Assembly: GCF_006345805.1 (NCBI RefSeq)
Contig: NC_042999.1
Location: forward strand, 129,332,001 to 129,396,000
Direction: 5' to 3'
From: Octopus sinensis
Taxonomy: Eukaryota
Length of the DNA stretch: 64,000 nt
The notes under the pieces are model-generated. The model saw only the letters and a list, made by a program, of their open reading frames with translations. It did no database searches and was not told the DNA's origin. Positions 60,001-64,000 of this stretch are shown here, in pieces (positions within the stretch are counted from its first letter, which is position 1; every line of letters starts with the position of its first letter). A program made the translations under genes and the position numbers.

Positions 60001-61253
60001 TATTGGGTTGGCAACTAAGTTACCGCCGTTTTTTTAAAGTTTAGAATTTATTACGTTCTTAAATTCTGGAATCTATTTTTTTCGAGAATTCTATTTTTGA
60101 ATCTATATTTTTTTCTAGTTAATTTTAGTTAATTTTTGTTTGTTGTCAGATCATTAAAATGGAATATCAAGTTAAGAAAAACGAGAATTTTCGACACCTC
60201 CTTCTTTTTGCTTTTAATCAAGGTTCTAAGGCTGCAAAAGCTGCTCGCGACATTTGTGCTGTGTATGGAGAGAGTGCCATAGCTGAAAGAACCGCTCGTG
60301 ATTGGTATACCAAGTTCAAAAATGAAAATTTTGACCTCAAACACGCACCTCATTCTGGCTGTCCAGTTGAGTTCGATGAAGAGCGATTAAACCAACTTTT
60401 GCACGAATATTCTCGTCAAACGACAAGGGAACTGGCAGAGAGAATGGAATGCTCCCACACTGCTATAGAGAAGCATCTTCACTCGATGGGAAAGGTTCAG
60501 AAGTATGGAGCATGGATTCCACATGCTTTAAGTGACAACAAAAATCAACGAGCCACAATTTCCGCTGGTTTGCTTGCTCGTCACCGCTCAACTCATGGAC
60601 ACAAGCAACGATTTCTTTACCGAATCGTTACTGGCGACGAAAAATGGTGCCTGTACATCAATATGAAGCAGCGTAACGAATGGCTTAGCCCCGGTAAACA
60701 AGCGACACGATGTTGTGCGTATGGTGGGACTGGGAAGGGATTATCCATTACGCATTGCTTGAATGGAACCAAACGGTCAACGCGGAACTCTATAGTCAAC
60801 AGATGGAACGACTCAACACGGCTATTCAAGAGAAAAGACCTAATCGACAGCATGGAGTTCTTCCGCTGTACGACAATGCCCGCCCTCATATCGCCAATAT
60901 GACCAAGGAAGCCATTCAAACGCATGGCTGGGAAGTGCTGCCACATCCGCCGTACTCTTCTGATTTCGCACCAACGGATTTCCACCTTTTTCGATCTCTT
61001 TTAAATGCTATGCGCGGAGTTCCGTTCAATACTGATGCAGAATTGAGAGCTTGGTTGGATCGGCTTTTCGAGTCGAAATCGCGTGATTTCTACCAACGAC
61101 GTATTGAAAATCTTGTTGAACGTTGGGAAGAAGTTGTAAACAAAAACGGTGAATACATTATTGATTAATTAGTTGTTATTTTTTATTAAACCTTTTAAAA
61201 AATTTAAATTAAAAAAAAAAAACAACGTTGGGAACTTAGTTGCCAACCTAATA
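60001..61253 (+). mobile_element. Tc1/mariner DD34D transposon, near full length, TA TSD
   Basis: TA-TTGGGTTGGCAACTAAGTT...AACTTAGTTGCCAACCTAA-TA; TIR about 28 bp with 4 mismatches. Confidence 0.97.
60159..61168 (+). pseudogene. Mariner transposase, frameshifted at about 60706-60710
   Basis: Frame 1: HTH, WIPHAL, TGDEKW. Frame 2: MLCVWWDWEG, YDNARPH, YSSDFAPTDFHLF, with 34 residues between the 2nd and 3rd Asp. The PxxxLHxxK linker is missing at the junction. Confidence 0.95.
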
Positions 61254-63014
61254 TTTTCCTAGTTCAAAGTAATTCTGCTTTCTCTGATTGATTACTTATA
61301 AAATTAACTTTCTACATGCTAAGTTAGGCATGTTGTAAGGAACCTAAAGAAATAAAGATTTAGCAAAAATCTAGAATCTCAAATAGTTTGCGTTCTCCAG
61401 ACTTATTTTCTAAACTAATCGTTTCTACTGAAGTGGCATTAATTTCTCCAAGAGGATTTACATACACAGAAGCGTCACAGTAGACTTAAGACATTTTAGT
61501 AAATTCTGAAAGAAAGCATGAAATCTTTTTTTAAAGTTTTCTGATAATAAATAAAATCTTTTAAAGATAACGTGCAAATCTTTTCTTTTCATGAGTTTTC
61601 CTCTTTCTTTGAATCAGTCCTGTGATTGCATCAATATTCTTTCTTTCCAGTAGCTTAGAAAGACTTTCTTCAGGAAAATGATAATGTTAGACATGTAAGC
61701 TGATCAGAGAAAATGTCAATCAGCATTACTGAGAAGTTTTATCTGCAACTTCAGTTTGATTTTGATTTTTTTGTATAGAAACTCATAATTTTCAACAAGA
61801 AATGCATTTCTAAAAAATCATATTCTAACTACATTACTGAAGGCTTCTTAAGCTATTAATGAATGTTTTTTTTTAATGTTCCTGATATGCTCAATTTTCT
61901 TTCTGTTATTGGTTTCAAAATAAAAGATACGACAAGTGAACATCACTGTTTCACTATCAATCTAAGTGTTCTTTAGAATATATCACAATGTTCTGTATGA
62001 AAGATTAAAGCAGTAATTTGTCAGATATACAAGAAAAGAATAATAATAAAAAAAAAAAGAATGAAAATAAAGTGCAAAAACTGACCTACCCTACAGAAAA
62101 GGTACTTGTCTAGATAAAATATCTATATCGAAAGAATACCGATTAATTATGACACCTGACATAATAGATAGATATTGATTAGTTTGTATGATTTGTAAAG
62201 AACACTAAAACGTTCAGCAGCTCATGTGACTGAATAGGATAACAATATAAGAGACAAGACTGAATAAAAATAAACAAAATATTACATTACTAAAAATAGG
62301 AAAAATAAAGGGAAAAAGACGAAGAATGAAAAGCCAAAAAAAAAACAAACAAACAAACAAACGGAAATCTTTATGCAGTCTTTATCTCGTCAACGGTTTT
62401 GATTGTTTTTAGCAGCCGACATTTTGATTAATTTCTATAAAGACATCAGTTTATGTAGAATTTCTGTCTACGCTTGAGTGGTTTCCTTTCTGCAGTATTT
62501 ACAAAACTATGCCACCACTAATAAAATCAATGTTTACTTGAAAGAGAATTTTAAAAAAGTTTAGAAAATAGTCTTTCTACTTCAATTTTCTTAAAAGCTA
62601 AATGATCGTTAGGGGTGAGTGCTAACTGGAGTCACTATTTTTAAGAGTATGGTTAAGTAAAAAAGTGGAAAGGGTGCGAAGATTGAATATTTGATCTATT
62701 GCTTGCAACTTCCTCAGAACTGTAAACAATTATCGATAATGATTTTCATTTTTGTAGTCATATTTGTTGTAAAGTAGGAGATAGTAAACTAAGTAATTAA
62801 CCTCAGTGAATTTTTTTCCTTCAAAAAGATATTCTATTAATTAGTCTTCCTCTATAATGCACATCATCGTTGTGTCGATGTAAAAAATTATTATATTAAA
62901 AATAGTGTTGAGTTAGCACTAAAAATGGTGTTGAATTAGTTAGAGATTTCTATTTTGATTGAAGTAGATTCCCCTCGTTTGTACTCTTTATACTCTTAAG
63001 AAGGGTATAAACAA

Positions 63015-63210
63015 CACCTATTCCTTTACTACCCACAAGGAGCTAAACACAGAGAGGACAAACAAGGACAGACAAATGGATTAAGTCGATTATATCGACC
63101 CCGAAAGGATGAAAGGCAAAGTCGACTTCGGCGGAATTTGAACTCAGAACATAACGGCAGACGAAATACGGCTACGTATTTCGCCCGGCGTGCTAACGTT
63201 ACTGCCAGCT
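63015..63210 (-). mobile_element. Young, CpG-rich SINE of the same subfamily as 26038-26265
   Basis: Shares tactacccacaagg.gctaaacacagagagga...ggcggaatttgaac...cagacgaaatac. Confidence 0.9.
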
Positions 63211-63682
63211 GATACCATCCAATCACTGAACTCTAAAAATATTAATCCCAAGAGGGCGCCTTTACGTCTGTCTGGCCACTTGACATGCTTGAAATAGCAG
63301 CAAAATCTTTTTCAAATCACACCACATGGTCTTAAAGAAGACCATGAATTTCACAATAAAGTTCACAACAAGCAGAATAGATAGGATAGTCATGACTGGA
63401 ATGCTTTTGATCATAGGTTTACTTAACCACAGCTGATCTCTGGCTAAATAACAATAATAAGTTTTAAAGTACTGATCCCTTGTACCTAGGCAAAAGAAAT
63501 ATTTACTAGCAATACCCATGATAATTCCACTACCCACTTCCTTCCACTCCGTAAAATATTCTGTTTTCAATTTCTTAATCTTTTGATTTATTTCCAGGAA
63601 ATCTTGTCTATTCTCTTCAGTCATATTTTCTCTTCTAGACTGTTTTATCATTCTGGCTCATGCAAAATATTCTTGCCTCTCA

Positions 63683-64000
63683 TTATTACCTCCGCCTTCG
63701 CTAAGGAGGATTAGCTAATGCAGAGGTGCTGTTTTCAGTCATGTTTGTTTGTTTGTTTGTATGTCCATGGACAAAGTATCTCAAGAACCACTGGATGGAT
63801 TTAGATGAAACATTCAGGGATGTTTGACCTCATGACTGGCACAAACTGATTATATTTTAGGATCAATCTGGTACCGGATAAGGGTTTTGGATTATTTTTC
63901 CTGTCTTTTTACTTAATTTTTGAGAGTGGTTGGGTTCAATTTTAGTATTCTAATTTGTGAGAGCAGTTGAGTTTATTTCAGATATTATCAATTTAAAAAT
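63683..64000 (+). mobile_element. Helentron-associated (HINE/DINE-like) non-autonomous element
   Basis: ttattacctccgcc...ggagg/gaggt subterminal inverted motif followed by (GTTT)n and a tggatggattt..atgaaac core. Confidence 0.6.

Noticed and set aside
60617-60985. 122-aa reverse ORF inside the mariner
   Set aside because: Antisense shadow of the transposase.
63262-63651. 129-aa reverse-strand ORF
   Set aside because: Its C-terminal half reads through a dispersed repeat also seen at about 35.2, 53.1 and 56.7 kb; no homology or splice support.

Overview
AT-rich animal genomic DNA, most likely an octopus (coleoid cephalopod); this is an inference from the repeat families, not a database result. 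The window holds most of one protein-coding gene on the + strand: OPA1, the mitochondrial inner-membrane dynamin-like GTPase. I traced 28 coding exons by hand from 1257 to the stop at 49106-49108 (2985 nt, about 994 aa). All splice sites are GT-AG and the phases are consistent. The exons for the targeting sequence and first TM segment lie upstream of the window. From 13246 onward the protein closely matches animal OPA1. The four exons before that encode an unusually long linker of about 243 aa. It includes a 492-nt exon with a triple 11-aa repeat and an acidic tract, and a 60-nt hydrophobic micro-exon; both are frame-symmetric and therefore skippable. The introns and downstream region are full of mobile elements: RTE LINE pieces, several tRNA-derived SINE families (one nested with a TSD), TTAA piggyBac-type MITEs, a hAT MITE, two LTRs (one with a tRNA-Ser PBS), a decayed Penelope element, a Helentron-like element and a young DD34D mariner with one frameshifting deletion. 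The most unusual non-coding structures are a TSD-flanked element at 8410-8769 that joins a tRNA-like head to inverted hammerhead-ribozyme-like arms, two near-perfect intronic hairpins each with an A:C mismatch, and a combined direct plus inverted local duplication at 53.0-54.4 kb. All coordinates were counted manually; repeat boundaries are approximate.
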